From contig OZ024740.1 of assembly GCA_964016885.1 (NCBI GenBank), forward strand, positions 217,682,001-217,746,000: a stretch of 64,000 bases of DNA, in the 5' to 3' direction. The stretch is from Eledone cirrhosa (lineage: Eukaryota). How positions within the stretch are numbered: the stretch's first letter is position 1; the number at the start of each line of letters is the position of its first letter. Positions 43,231 through 55,900 of this stretch are shown in pieces. Below the pieces are notes generated by a model. The model was given only the letters and a program-made list of their open reading frames with translations, was not told the DNA's origin and ran no database searches. The position numbers and the translations under genes are program-made.

Positions 43231-46200
43231 TGGTCTAATCGGACGACCTTTTGCTCGCTTCTGTAAGTCTCTTTATTTACCTGCCATAATTATTTATTGT
43301 TAAATTTTTGTTGTTGTGTAAAGGATATAAGCCCTTGGACTTTGCCCTGTGAAGGGATAAGTACAATATTTGGGCCTTTTGGCCCAAATATTCGAACCTT
43401 TTACATTTAAAAATTACCGAAAAAAAAACATGGCTGAGCCATGCGCCCAGCGATATGTCTGCTGACGTGCGACAACGACGCAAAAGTTGAGAGGAGTGTT
43501 ACGGCGAACACAGAAATTGATACAACAAACACCACCACAAACAACGTGAACACAGACAGCAATGACAACAAGCTTGCGAACATTAATTTTGAAAAAAATG
43601 ACCACACAAACCACAACAGTAACAGCGACAACCAAAATACAGACAACAGAAAAAATGACAACAAATGCAACAACAATATTAACAACACTAACATGAAAAC
43701 AAATAGCGACAACACCAACAGCAATGATACAAATTGCACCGGGAACAACAAAAACAGCAGCAGCAAAGTCACAACCAATTGCAACAGTGATAACAGCAAC
43801 AACGCCAACAACATCATTTATAGCAACAGCAACAGCACAAACAACAAGACCAGTAGCAATAATAGTGGAGGAAACAAAATCACACTCACTGATTACCCGA
43901 CGAAGTGATGACATAATGTTAGTCCCGTTTTACTGCAGAAAAAAATTGCAACGGTCAGGGTAACCCAGGTTCCGCCCTACGTACTTGGCTGGTCGTCTCT
44001 GTTCTTGCAGGTACAGAAGTTGGGGAGAGAGGACTGGTCAGGTATTGGAATGGAGATGCTCATCCCAACCGACCAGGCTTTCATCAGCGCTATTCCCGAC
44101 GTTATAGACCTCTGGAATGGCTCCCAACTTCCCATATCAGTAGAAGGCAGGTGCCCAAAGTGCTTCAACTATGGATCGAAGTCTCACCTCAAGGCCTTCT
44201 GCCCAGAGAAAATAACAAAGGCGAACATTCCGCCCCCCCCCCTTCCAACGCCGGAACCGCTGCCATCAGTCACAGAGCAGTCAACGAAAAAGTCGGGAGC
44301 TTCCACAGAGAATAGGAGGACAACGTCCGTGGCGCCCACACCAAAGCCATGGACAACAAAAACAGCGGCGGCAGCTGCAGCAACAGAACCAGGCTCCACC
44401 ATCACAAAAAACAACAAAGAACTCATACCCATCCCCGACCTCTCACAGTCGGACATGGAGTCTGAGGCGGCTGAGGAGTGGAAAACGGTTGTCAAAAAAC
44501 GAAAAAACAAAAAAAACGCAAAAACACCACAGCTTCTCCCTCCAAAAGCGAAAGCAAAGAAAGAGGGGTAACGGCTGTAAGGAGACTTGAAGCAACACCA
44601 CCACCATCACCACCACAAGCATCACCACCACCAACAACCACACCACCACCAACATCACCACAAACAGCAACATCGCAAACACAACAAAGCACACACACCC
44701 AACAGCAACAAAACTACGGCTACCCCCCAAAAAAAGTACACAGCCATAAACATTGCACACAAAGGAACATTAAAACACCACACCGATATTTCAGACTTAA
44801 ATTACCACACCCCACCAACACCAAGAACATTACCCAAAAACATTACAATTGTCGACATTAAACTGGAAGACTAAACAATTAAAGCAAAAATTCCCCAACG
44901 CAGTTAGGGATTTCAGGCGGTCACTCTCCAAAAGAATATATAGAGATATCACCTTGGAGACACCCATGACCAGCCGAAGGGAAGGTTTTACTGTCCCTTC
45001 CCCACACGATCAAGGTAAGTGATCCTTTCTCACTTACCCTGTTTCCTCATCTAGCATGGGCGTACTTAGAATAGGCAGTATAAATGTAGGTGGCCTGGGG
45101 TCATCTTGGAAGCAGGGTCACCTGCTGAACGACATCAGGTCACTAAACATAGATGTGGTGCCCATCAGCGAGACCAGAATCTCCGAAGTACGAGCCTTCG
45201 CACCGATCTACGACGGCTACGATGTATACGCATCTCCCAGTCGTCCGGGATCGGAGGTAGGAGTTGCTGTGCTCTTTCGGAGAGGTTTGTATCTCGCCAT
45301 ATGGGCCATCTACCTGGACCCAGAAGGTAAGTCGGTGGTGAAGTACGTGACCAGCAGCGAAGGCAATGCTTTCAGGCTAGTAACCGTCTACCCCCCAACA
45401 GGGGCAGGACGGCCAGATTTCTTCAGACGTCTAGAGACCTATCTTGGAACGTCCCGCTATTTAGTGTTAGTGGCCGACTGGAACGGTATATTAGATGCAC
45501 GCTGGGATTATGTGGGGTTTAGTAGACAGGAGGGTGGGCTTAAAAGCCTCAACAACCTGCTCATACCTTTTGAACGGTCTGACAGGTATAGAATGGATTA
45601 TCCGAATGTGCCAATATGGACATGGGCAAACCGCATCGGGTCATCCAGATCGTATGTAGATACGGTATTCTCTAGGGAAACAGATAAGGCTAGTGTAGGC
45701 TGTCCACAATTTAAATAGTCGACTATACGGACCACAAATTTGTGATGTGTGAAGTTGTCTTAGATAGACCCCATAGGCAAGGGCCCGGTTACTGGAAGCT
45801 GAACGCGTCGTACCCGACGCGGAAAGCTTACAGAGACCAGATTTGCGAATTAGTTAAGCGTGCATTGACGGGTGCGATCGTCAAAAACAGGTGGTGGTTT
45901 ACTGCGAAAAGGGCTATTAGAGTAGAATCGATAAGGTTTAGCAAAGGAGTAGTGATAGAGGACAATAGAGTAGAAGGAAAGCTAGTTAGAAAGCTAGAAA
46001 AAGCGTTTAGGACACGCATCCCAACCGACGTGATTACGGCGAGATTGGAACTCGACCAATTCTTCAACTCAAAGCATGAAGGCTGCGTTGTCAGAGCTAG
46101 AGGGCGTGCTTTGAGACACGAGGGGACGAAAGCCTTTCAATTGCCTCGGGTGGTGGAGGCGTGACGTGGTAACAAATCCACAATTCGGTCTTTGCCTGAT

Positions 46201-47572
46201 CAAAGCGGGTGCATGTTGCTCGAATCCGAGCAGATGTGTGCAGCTTTTCAACAGCACTTTGCTCAATTGTTCGGGAGCAGCGGCTGGCCGGATCGGAGTA
46301 TGGTCTTCGGTGCATACCTCAACGGACTGCCGATGTTATGGACCACAGCACAGTGCTGCGAAAAGTCGATAACAGCAGGTGAAATACGAGAACAGATGTC
46401 TGACTGCACGTGGGGTATATCGCCAGGTTTCGATGATCTGCCCTACGAGCTTTATGCGTACATGCCATACTTGTTCGGCGACCTCTTGGCAAATGTCTAC
46501 TGCAAACAAGGGGGACGTTATAGACAACTTCAGGCCCATAACTCTGCTAAACGTAGAGTGCAAAATTTTGGGAAAGGTGTTAGCAAAGATAATGGCGCTT
46601 GTCATGAGTGATCTGATGGGAGAGGCGCCAGACATGCGCCATTCCGGGCAGATCCATCCATGACAACCTCCATCTAATGAGATACATCATAGAGAGGGTG
46701 GTTAAGCATTAGATAGGGTCGACCATCGGTACCTGGCTGCGGTCCTCGGGGCGGCCGGCTTCGGGCCCGTTTTTAGGGGCTGGATCGCTGCGATGCACAG
46801 CGACATTTGCTCGATTGTTAGGGTAAATGGTCACCTGTCGTAACCGTTCAGCATTATGCGCTCTGTCCACCAGGGTTGTCCCCTCTCGTCCCTCTTGTAT
46901 GTACTGTCCCTCGAGCCATTACTGCACAAATTGGAGACCATGAGGGGGGTACCACGCGAACTGAGATGCGGGAGATCCGTGACAGCTTACGCCGACGAAG
47001 TCATCGTGGTGTCGTCGAGCACCAAACACGTCCAGATGCTCGGCACCGCTCTCAAGGAATACGGAGCGGTGAGAGGAGCAAAGATAAATCGGGAAAAGTC
47101 GGTGGGCTTGCAACTCGGCACCTTGAGAGGAAAGTCCATACTGTCCAATAGCGTCGTGGGGCGCTGGACGGAAGGACCGGTTAAATTGCTTGGGGTCTGG
47201 TTCGGTCAGGTCCTTCAGATGGAGCAAAATGACGAGCAGGATAGCCTCTCTCATCCAGAAAAGGGCCGAGAGGAGGCTGTCTCTGAAAAGTCGGGCGGAG
47301 GTGGCGAATGCGTATATCGCGTCCGTCATCTGCTACCACCTGACCGTCGTGCCTTTCCCCAGCCTAACTCTGATCAAAATGGTGCGCCTTCTCTTCCGCG
47401 CTTTTTGTGGAAGGGACGTGCTCCCATGGTCAGACGATCCATTTGCTGTCAACACCCATTGCGTGGAGGACTAGTCATGCCGTGGCTGATGATGCGCAAA
47501 CATGCGCTGGGGCTGCGACATCTCTGGTGCTTCCTTGACGTTGAACAAGTGTGGTCGCCGTTAGCCAGACGC
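43231..47572 (+). mobile_element. Tx1-like element (same insertion as 4976), degenerate ORF1 and ORF2, 3' end lost
   Basis: Same junction after the gene's 3' end; APE 45056-45718, RT QGCPLS/YADE; truncated at ..gccagacgc. Confidence 0.85.
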
Positions 47573-47576
47573 TAAC

Positions 47577-48088
47577 GGTTGGAAACGGTTGCTTCCAACA
47601 GCACCCGCTGGAATGAGTGTTTGAGGATCAGACCCCACGATCCTCGATCCTCATTCTTGATAGTTGTACATTATTCTATGTATTAAATATGCACCTTTGA
47701 TGAGTTGTGGTACACCTGAGCACTGTACACAATAATTTCATTATTATTTTAATATTACATTCCTAACAATTTCACGATCGAAACCCCCTTCAGGGGTGAC
47801 CGACCCTTAAAAATCAACAAAGGTGATACCTGTGATAGTGCAGTTTGAGAGGATCTTGTGTGTGAACTTGCTGAAAGTAACGGGCATGTTTTGATCTTGT
47901 TAGATTTCATCAGCGAAGAATATTCAATTTGCAAATTGGCCTAATAAAGATATGGGTAAAGTGTAATATTTTGGTTAGCTAATGAAGGAGATTCTACGTG
48001 GTCGTTAAACAACTAGAAATAGCAGCTAAATTTCCTTCAATTCTCATGCTACTGTCGTAAAAAAAGACACATTATATAATGTGTCTTT
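47577..48088 (+). repeat. Segment paralogous to 24204-24965 (without the SINE)
   Basis: Near-identical sequence from gttggaaacggttgcttcc to gacacattatataatgt. Confidence 0.85.
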
Positions 48089-48089
48089 A

Positions 48090-49688
48090 ACGTGACAGTA
48101 ATGGTGTCGAGCACCTCGCAAATCGGGGAGATCGGCACTTTACTGGAGGAATACGAAAGGTTCACAGGAGCGAAGCTGAACCGGGACAAATCCGTCGGTT
48201 TGCAACTCGGAACGTGGAGAGGCAAACCGATGCCTTCCGATGGCGTCGTCGGTCGCTGGACGGAAGGACCGGTAAGGCTGCTCGGGGTCTGGTTTGGTCC
48301 GGACCTCCAGGTGGAGAAAAACTGAAACGAGGTGACTGCCAAGGTGTTTGCGCTCACCCAGAAGTGTGCCGAGTGCAAACTATCCTTGAAAGGTCGAGCG
48401 GAGGTGGCGAACACTTTTATAGCTTCCGTCATCTACTACCGCTTGACCGTCGTGCCTTGCCCAGCCAACACGCTCAACAAAATGGAGCGCACGCTCTTCC
48501 AATTCCTTTGGAAGAAACGGGTTCCTTTGGTGAGAACATCCATCTGCTGCCAACACCCTTCAAACGGGGGGAGGGGGGGGGGGGGATGCCGTGGCTGACG
48601 ATGAGCAAACAGGCGCTCAGGCTGAGGCACCTCCACGTATTCCTCACCAGACAACCGGTGTGGGCCCCGTTCGTGAGGCGAGCCTTTCCACGACTCCTCT
48701 CGCTGACCGAGCTGCTGTTCTGGGTCAAGCAAAGACCGAGGAAAATGGGCGACTGGCACATCGAATGTGCTCAGGCGCTCACAGTCCTCTGGCAAACGGA
48801 CCCGGCGATCAGTGGAGACTCCACTTCGACATTCTATAGAGGGTTGGTCCGCAGCAAGTGCAACGACATGCTCGGAGAAACTGGCCAGTCTGTTCGGTAG
48901 GACCTTCCGCCCGGGACAAATGGACAACTTCCAAAAGTCCCTGGCCTGGCAGTGCTACCGAGGAGCTCTACCAGTTCGGGACAAGCTCTACCGACACGGG
49001 CGCCCGGGTAGGGACCCTTCGAAAAAGATCTGTCCGAGATGCGTGCGCGACGAAGAAACCGTCGCGCACGCATTTGTACACTACCCGGGCGTTACCAACC
49101 TGTGGGGCTATGTAGAACGACTGTTGTCGCGGGTGGGACCAATCCAGTTGACCACCAAGTCCATAGTCATGATCAAACCGCCACCCTCCTTCAAAAAGGA
49201 GGCAGAGGCGCTTTTCCTATGTGTTATGGCTATGGTGAAAGAGATTATATGGTGGACGAGGTTAAAAGGGCTGAGGTCAGACACCTTTCTCTCCGGCGAG
49301 CAACTGATTCGTTCTTTCAAATATCATTTTGGAAGAAGAATCTGGATGGAGAGAGAGGTGCTGTACCCCAGCAATTTTATAAAAGGTGGGTGAATGTGGC
49401 AAAGATGGCCCGAGTGGTTGACCTTCTCTCTATATAAGCCTGTAGGTTGAGGAAAAAGAGGAAGAGAGGAAGGGAGTACTCAGTCTTGGTGCTCCTGGAG
49501 ATGAGGGTTGTACATTTGTTCGGGGTGTGTACAACCCCTGTGTAACGCCTCCCCTCTATTGGGGATATCAATTGTTATTTGTTATTTTATTTAGTTTTAT
49601 TTTCATATACCTGTATGTAAACTCCCCATTTGTATTTGTCCCCTTCTTTTGTGCCATAGTGGCTAATAAAGAAATCTCTCTCTCTCTC
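48090..49688 (+). mobile_element. 5'-truncated Tx1-like element with (CT)n end
   Basis: KSVGLQLGTWRG, LSLKGRAEVAN, CPRCVRDEETVAH; AATAAA then tctctc. Confidence 0.85.
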
Positions 49689-49689
49689 C

Positions 49690-51465
49690 ATTACAAAATA
49701 GGCAAGTGGGGTGTTATAGCCCTAGTCTACCCACCCACCCCGGGTCATTATGGGGTTTGAGGGCGAGGTAAGTCCTACGTAATCGGTGTTTACATGCAGT
49801 AACCAGTTCATCTTTCTTGTTTAGGAGTTGGTCCGTCGAAAACAGCATTTGTAATGTTTCCTCCGAGCATAAATTGCATGGACGGCGTCCTCCCGTGTAA
49901 GAGTTGGCTCTGGACAGTAATTTCCAAGTGAGATCATAGTTGAGTTTGGCTATAAGGAATAATCCTATAGCCAAACTCACCGATATGTTGCCTGCTTTCG
50001 GTGGTGGATTGTACCGTGATGATGGGCTCCTTACCCTTAAAGGGTACAACCCCAGTAGTACAGATCGGGTCCGTAAACAATTAATCAGCTTCTTCCGCGA
50101 CTGGGGATTTAAAATAACCCTATAAACGTCCCTGACCCGAGTTAATTTCCTGGACGTCACCCTCGATCTCAATAATGACCTGTACTACCCATACAGGAAA
50201 CCCAATGACAACCTGCACCACATCCACCGCCGATCTAACCATCCTAGGAACATCACCAACAACCTAGTCAAAAACATCTCCCTCCGTATATCCCGTTTGT
50301 CAGCTAATGAGAAGATATTCGATGAACATGCGCCTTACTACAACCAGGCCCTTAAGCGGAGTGGTTTCCGAGAGGAAATATCCTACTGTCCAGCTCCCAT
50401 TAGCGGAACCAGCAGGCGACACCGCCGCTCACGCAATGTAACATGGTTCAATCCTCCCCACAACGCCGAGGTGACAACTCCCATCGGGAAAATTTTCTTT
50501 AGGCTCATTGAAAAACACTTCCCACCACAACACCGCTATCACAACATAATTAACAAAAATACCATCAAACTCTCTTACAGCACTACACCTAACTTCGCAC
50601 AAAACATCGTCTCCTCCAACAACAAAAAGCTCAACCCCGATGGAAGAAACAACCTAAATAGCAGTGGAGAGCCGACCAGGAGGTGCAACTGTCCCGATAG
50701 ATCCAGTTGCCCCCTCGACAACAGATGCAGAGACCGTAATGTGATCTACCAGTGCAACGTGAGCACGGACACCTCCAACAAAGCCTATATAGGATTAACC
50801 GCATGCGACTTCAAGACCCGGCTATACCAACACAGACATACCTTCCGAAACCCGGCCCGGCGTCACGCCACTACACTTTCGGGCCACATATGGGACCTCA
50901 AGGACAACAACATCAACTATGATCTCACTTGGAAATTACTGTCCAGAGCCAACTCTTACACGGGAGGACGCCGTCCGTGCAATTTATGCTCGGAGGAAAC
51001 ATTACAAATGCTGTTTTCGACGGACCAACTCCTAAACAAGAAAGATGAACTGGTTACTGCATGTAAACACCGATTACGTAGGACTTACCTCGCCCCCAAA
51101 CCGCATAATGACCCGGGGGGGGGGGGGGTAGACTAGGGCTATAACGTACGATCTTTCATGTAGCTTGTATAAGACTTTTTGTTTCGTGGCGGTACCCTTA
51201 GAGTTAGCACTAGTATTTTTTTGCGGGACCCTGAATTATATTCTCGTACTAGTTTACTTTCTTGCACTGGGTGGTTGCTGGCCCTGTGATTGGGGTAGAA
51301 ACCTTTATTATTTTCGTGGTAGTCTCTTTAGTATTCTGGTCCCCCCCCCCTTTGTTGACCAGTCACCGTACGATACACGCACTTATACCTCGTATAAGGG
51401 TCCCTTTATTTCCGTCCCACCTAGTTTATTTCTATTATTATTATTTATTTTTTTATTCTCCGTTA

Positions 51466-51496
<31 letters not shown>

Positions 51497-51981
51497 TTTT
51501 CTATTCTTTTATTCACTTATTTGTTTATTTATTTATTTATGTATTTCTTTAGCCTAGCAATAGCGAGAGACTTATGTCTTAGTAACCAGATTTGGCTTTT
51601 TTTTTCTCTCTCAGTACCTTTTATAGTTTTACCTTTCTTTGTTCTACTTACCGTTTCGACCTCCTCCCCCTCCCCCTCCCCAGTATCCTCTTTGACCTCA
51701 CACCCAGCTGTAGCTGGCACTACCAACGCATGAATGGGTCTACACCACCCCCTCTCCCTTTTTCTCCTACCGGCAGGTTTAGCTACCCCTTCCCCCACCA
51801 AATTGCCATCACAGATTTACTACTAACTTGTGATGTGACCAATCCTGGTGATTATCTCTTTGACCATATATGGAATTACCCCTTGATAAGTTCGGCTATT
51901 TAAATACCAGAATAAATTTTCATTCAGTACAGAATTAGCCGTCGAAACGGCTTGAGCTCAGCCGTCGGGGTCTTACTTGTT

Positions 51982-51985
<4 letters not shown>
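49690..51985 (+). mobile_element. Penelope-like element (RT end + GIY-YIG endonuclease) with inverted 5' segment
   Basis: GLYRDDGL, NFLDV, PYRKPN, WFNPP, VIYQC..AYIGLT..FKTRLYQH, CNLCSEE; ~49712-49943 is the reverse complement of ~50913-51145; ends in (TA)n. Confidence 0.9.
51878..51971 (+). ncRNA. Type I hammerhead ribozyme at the 3' end of the Penelope element (U3-A8 core)
   Basis: acccc-TTGATAA-gttcggcta...tagccgtc-GAAA-cggct(tgagctc)agccg-TC-ggggt. Confidence 0.75.
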
Positions 51986-52054
<69 letters not shown>

Positions 52055-52060
<6 letters not shown>

Positions 52061-52104
52061 TAAGTTGACAGCTACAATCCCTATTTAATTCTTAATTGTG
52101 TTGT

Positions 52105-52188
<84 letters not shown>

Positions 52189-52824
52189 CGTCTATGTACA
52201 TAAACATATACATAAATAAATACACACAAACGCGCGCGGCTGCATATGCATACATACATATATAGAAAGATATTTGTCCTCTATTGTAGCTATTAACAAG
52301 TTTCAAGTGTTTGAGGTCCACCCTTTAACTTCAGAAATTCAAATCCAAAATCAGATATTTTGGGCGAGATTTCAATGTGTCATAGGCAATTATTTTACAG
52401 AAAATCTGTTTGAAGAAATTACCATTAATTCATTACCATTTTCATTAAACAAAGTATATATTGTCTAGTCTTGTGTTATAAATTGTTTACAAATCATTGT
52501 TGTAAACACATTGATTGACATGTGCAGCAAATTACTTTCAAATATAAATAACTTGGGAATTTGTTTCCCAAGCTATTGTAATATGTCACTGGTAAAGGTG
52601 GCACCCACATCTTCAAGGATATTTCGGGGTAAATGGTGGTTTCTTAAAATGTAAAAATAAATTCAAAAGAAGTGAAACTGAATAAATTAATATTGTTTAA
52701 TTAATTAATTCAGTTGATCACGTTGAACAGGGGTTATATAAAGCGTTCTTTTTAGACATTTGTCAAACCTGTCCTTGTTTCGAACAAGATAACAACCATC
52801 ACAATTCTACAACAGGAAGATAAA
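52055..52824 (+). promoter_or_regulatory. Upstream region and 5' UTR of gene copy 3
   Basis: Paralogous to 38525-39358 and 1-691, including TATATAAA at 52735; ends at aggaagataaa. Confidence 0.8.
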
Positions 52825-52920
52825 TAATAATAATAATAATGAAATTATTGTGTACAGTGCTCAGGTGTACAAATAATGTACAAATGTCAGGAAAATGAAC
52901 AGTGTATGAGTCATGATATA
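52825..52920 (-). mobile_element. Short CR1-like 3' fragment with (ATT)n tail
   Basis: Reverse complement gtacacctgagcactgtacacaataatttcattattatt. Confidence 0.6.
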
Positions 52921-55900
52921 ATAATAATAATGATTTCATTTATTAGCCACAAGGGCCGACATGTAGGGGACAATACAAAGACAGGGACAGTGGGGGTTTA
53001 CAATAAGGTCGAGTAAAAGTGCACAATGGCAAGACTAATTTAACAATGAAAATATAAAAATATAAAATAAACTATGCATAAATATAACAAAATAAATTCC
53101 CCGATAGGGGGTGGACGACCCTGGGGTGATTCGGGTACCCCACCAATCCTGAACCACCCTGTGCTTCTAGGGCAGCCAGGAGAGCACCCCTCTCCTCAAG
53201 TTAGCCAGCCTATAGGCGCATGGTCAGAGTAGGCTCATTCACACGAGCCATTCTCGCCACATTCACCCACCTTTTAGCAAATGTACTGGGGGGCAGCACT
53301 TCTCTCTCCACCCTCACCCTCCTTTCCAGGTGAAACTTGAAGAAGTTGATGAGGGATTGGCCGAAGAGAAAAGTGTCTGTCTTTAGTCCTTTCAACCTGG
53401 TCCACCATATAATCTCTTTCGCAACTGCCACCAGACAGAGGAAAATGTCCTGCTCTTCCTGACCTAAGGAAGGTGGCGGCTCGATCTTCACTATGGACTC
53501 GGCCGATAGCCGGATTCGTTCCACACGCGACAGTAGCTGTTCGACATAACTCCACAAGTCAGTAATGCACGGACATTGGACAAGTGCGTGCAGAACGGTT
53601 TCGTCGTTCTGTGCGCATCTTGGGCAGGTCCGTCTGACAGCACTTCCGTGCCTGTAGAGTTTATCCCGAACCGGCAGTGCCCCCCGGTAGCACTGCCAAG
53701 CGAGGGATTTCTGGAAATTGTCCATCGTCCCCGGCTCAAAAGTCCTCCGGTACAGACTGGTCAGTTCGACTTCGTCGAGGCCCAAAGCTTCTCCGAGTGC
53801 GTCATCGCACTTGCCCACCACTAATCCTCTATAGAACTCGAGAGTGGAAGTTCCACTGATCGCATTGCCCGCTTGGTAGAGAGCAGTGAGTGCCTGGCAA
53901 CATTCCAGGTGCCAGTCACCCAGTCTCAGTCTCTTCTTGACCCAGGACTGCAGCTCAATTAAAGAAATGAGCTGCGGAAAGGCCCGTCTGATAAACGGCG
54001 ACCACACCTGTTCACCATTGAGGCAGAATATCTGAAGATGTCGCAGCCTCAACGCATGTCTGCGCATCATTAGCCAAGGCATGCCCAGCCCTCCGCGTAG
54101 AGGGTGCTGGCAGCAGATGGACCGCCTCACCAACGGAACTTGTCCCCTCCACAAGAATTTGAAGAGGAGCCGTTCCAACTTGACGAGGCGCGGACGGGGG
54201 CAGGGCACGACGGTTAGGCGGTAGTAGATGACGGACGCGATGTACGCATTCGACACCTCCGCGCGACCTTTCAGTGATAGCTTCCCCCCAGCCTATTTTT
54301 GGGTGAGACTGGCTACTCTGCTCGTTACCTCGTCCCAATTCTTTTCCACCTGGAGGTCTGGTCCGAACCAAACCCCGAGCAACTTTACCGGTCCGTCCGT
54401 CCAGCGCCCCACGACGCTGTTGGACGGCATGGGCTTGCCTCTCCAGGTTCCGAGCTGCAAGCCCACCGACTTTTCCGGGTTAAGTTTGGCTCCTGTCAAC
54501 CTTTCATATTCCTTTAATAAGGTGCCGACCACCTCGATTTCTGAGGTGTTCGACACCATCACGGTGATGTCGTCCGCATAAGCCGACACTGCCCTTCCAC
54601 GTCCCGGTTCGAGCGGGATGCCCTGCAACAGCCCCAGCTTCCGCAGTAAAGGCTCGAGAGGCAATACGTACAGAAGGGAAGAGAGAGGGCACCCTTGACG
54701 GACCGATCGGGAGAGCCGAAATGGTTCCGAGAAGTGGCCATTAACTTTGACCACCGAGCGTGTGCCGCTGTGCATTGCAACGATCCAGCTTCTAAAGACA
54801 GGGCCGAAGCCAGCTGCTTTGAGGACAAACTCCAGATACCGATGGTCGACCATATCAAATGCTTTCGATTGATCTAAATTGATCAGTGCCCCACCGAAGC
54901 CAGGTTTACACCCTACCCTCTCTATGATGTATCGCATGAGGTGGAGATTGTCGTGTATGGACCTGGCTGGGATTGCGCAAGTTTGCGCCTCCCCAACCAA
55001 ATCCTCGACGACAAGCGCCAATCTCTGCTAACACATTGGCCAAAATCTTAAACTCTGTGCTGAGCAGAGTTATGGGCCTGAAGTTGTCTAATGTATCCCT
55101 CTTGTTCTCGTCTTTCCTTATCAGCGTCACCACTCCCCTGCTCACAGAACTGGGAATACTCCCATTCTGCTGCCAGTTGCAGTAGAGTGCTTCGAGGAGT
55201 TCGGAGAACAAGTCTGGCATATTTACGTAAAGCTCGTAGGGCAGGCCATCCAAACCGGGTGACTTGCGCCTCATGCAGCCGACAAGGGTGTCCTGAATTT
55301 CGGCTGAAGTAATCGGCCTTTCGCAGCGCTCAGCGTCGACCGTCGAGATGCGCGGCAAGCCATCAAGGTAGGGACTGAAATCCGCTACTCTCTCTGACTC
55401 GCCACTCTCCCTGAACAACCGAGCAAAGTGCTGGCGAAAGGCCTCACACATCCGCTTGGAATCGCTTATCTCGTGTACGTCTCGGTCCGCCAAAGACCGA
55501 ATTGTGGTTTTATTACCACGCTGCGCCTCCGCCACGCGGGCCCATCGAACAGCTTTAGTTCCCTCGTTCCTTAGCGCACGCGCCTTAGCTCTGACAATGC
55601 AACCTTCGTGTTTGGCATTGAAGAAATGGTCTAATTCCATTCTCGCCGCTAGCACGTCAGTTGCGATGCCACTACAAATAGCCTCGTCTAACTTATCTAC
55701 CAGCTCCCCCTCCTTTCTATTTTTCTCTAACGCTAGTTCTTTGCTGAACTCTATCGAAGTTACTCTAATCTCTCTTTTGAGAGCCCCCCACCATCTGCTG
55801 TTGATGATCCCCCCTGTTAACTTTTGCTTAACTAAATTGTTGACTCGGTCCCTGTAAGCCTTACGTGCCGGAAATGACATGTTCAGCTTCCAGTAACCCG

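Noticed and set aside
45015-45054. Mini-intron fusing Tx1 ORF1 to ORF2
   Set aside because: Only 28-40 nt, the AG is missing in one copy, and frames are inconsistent
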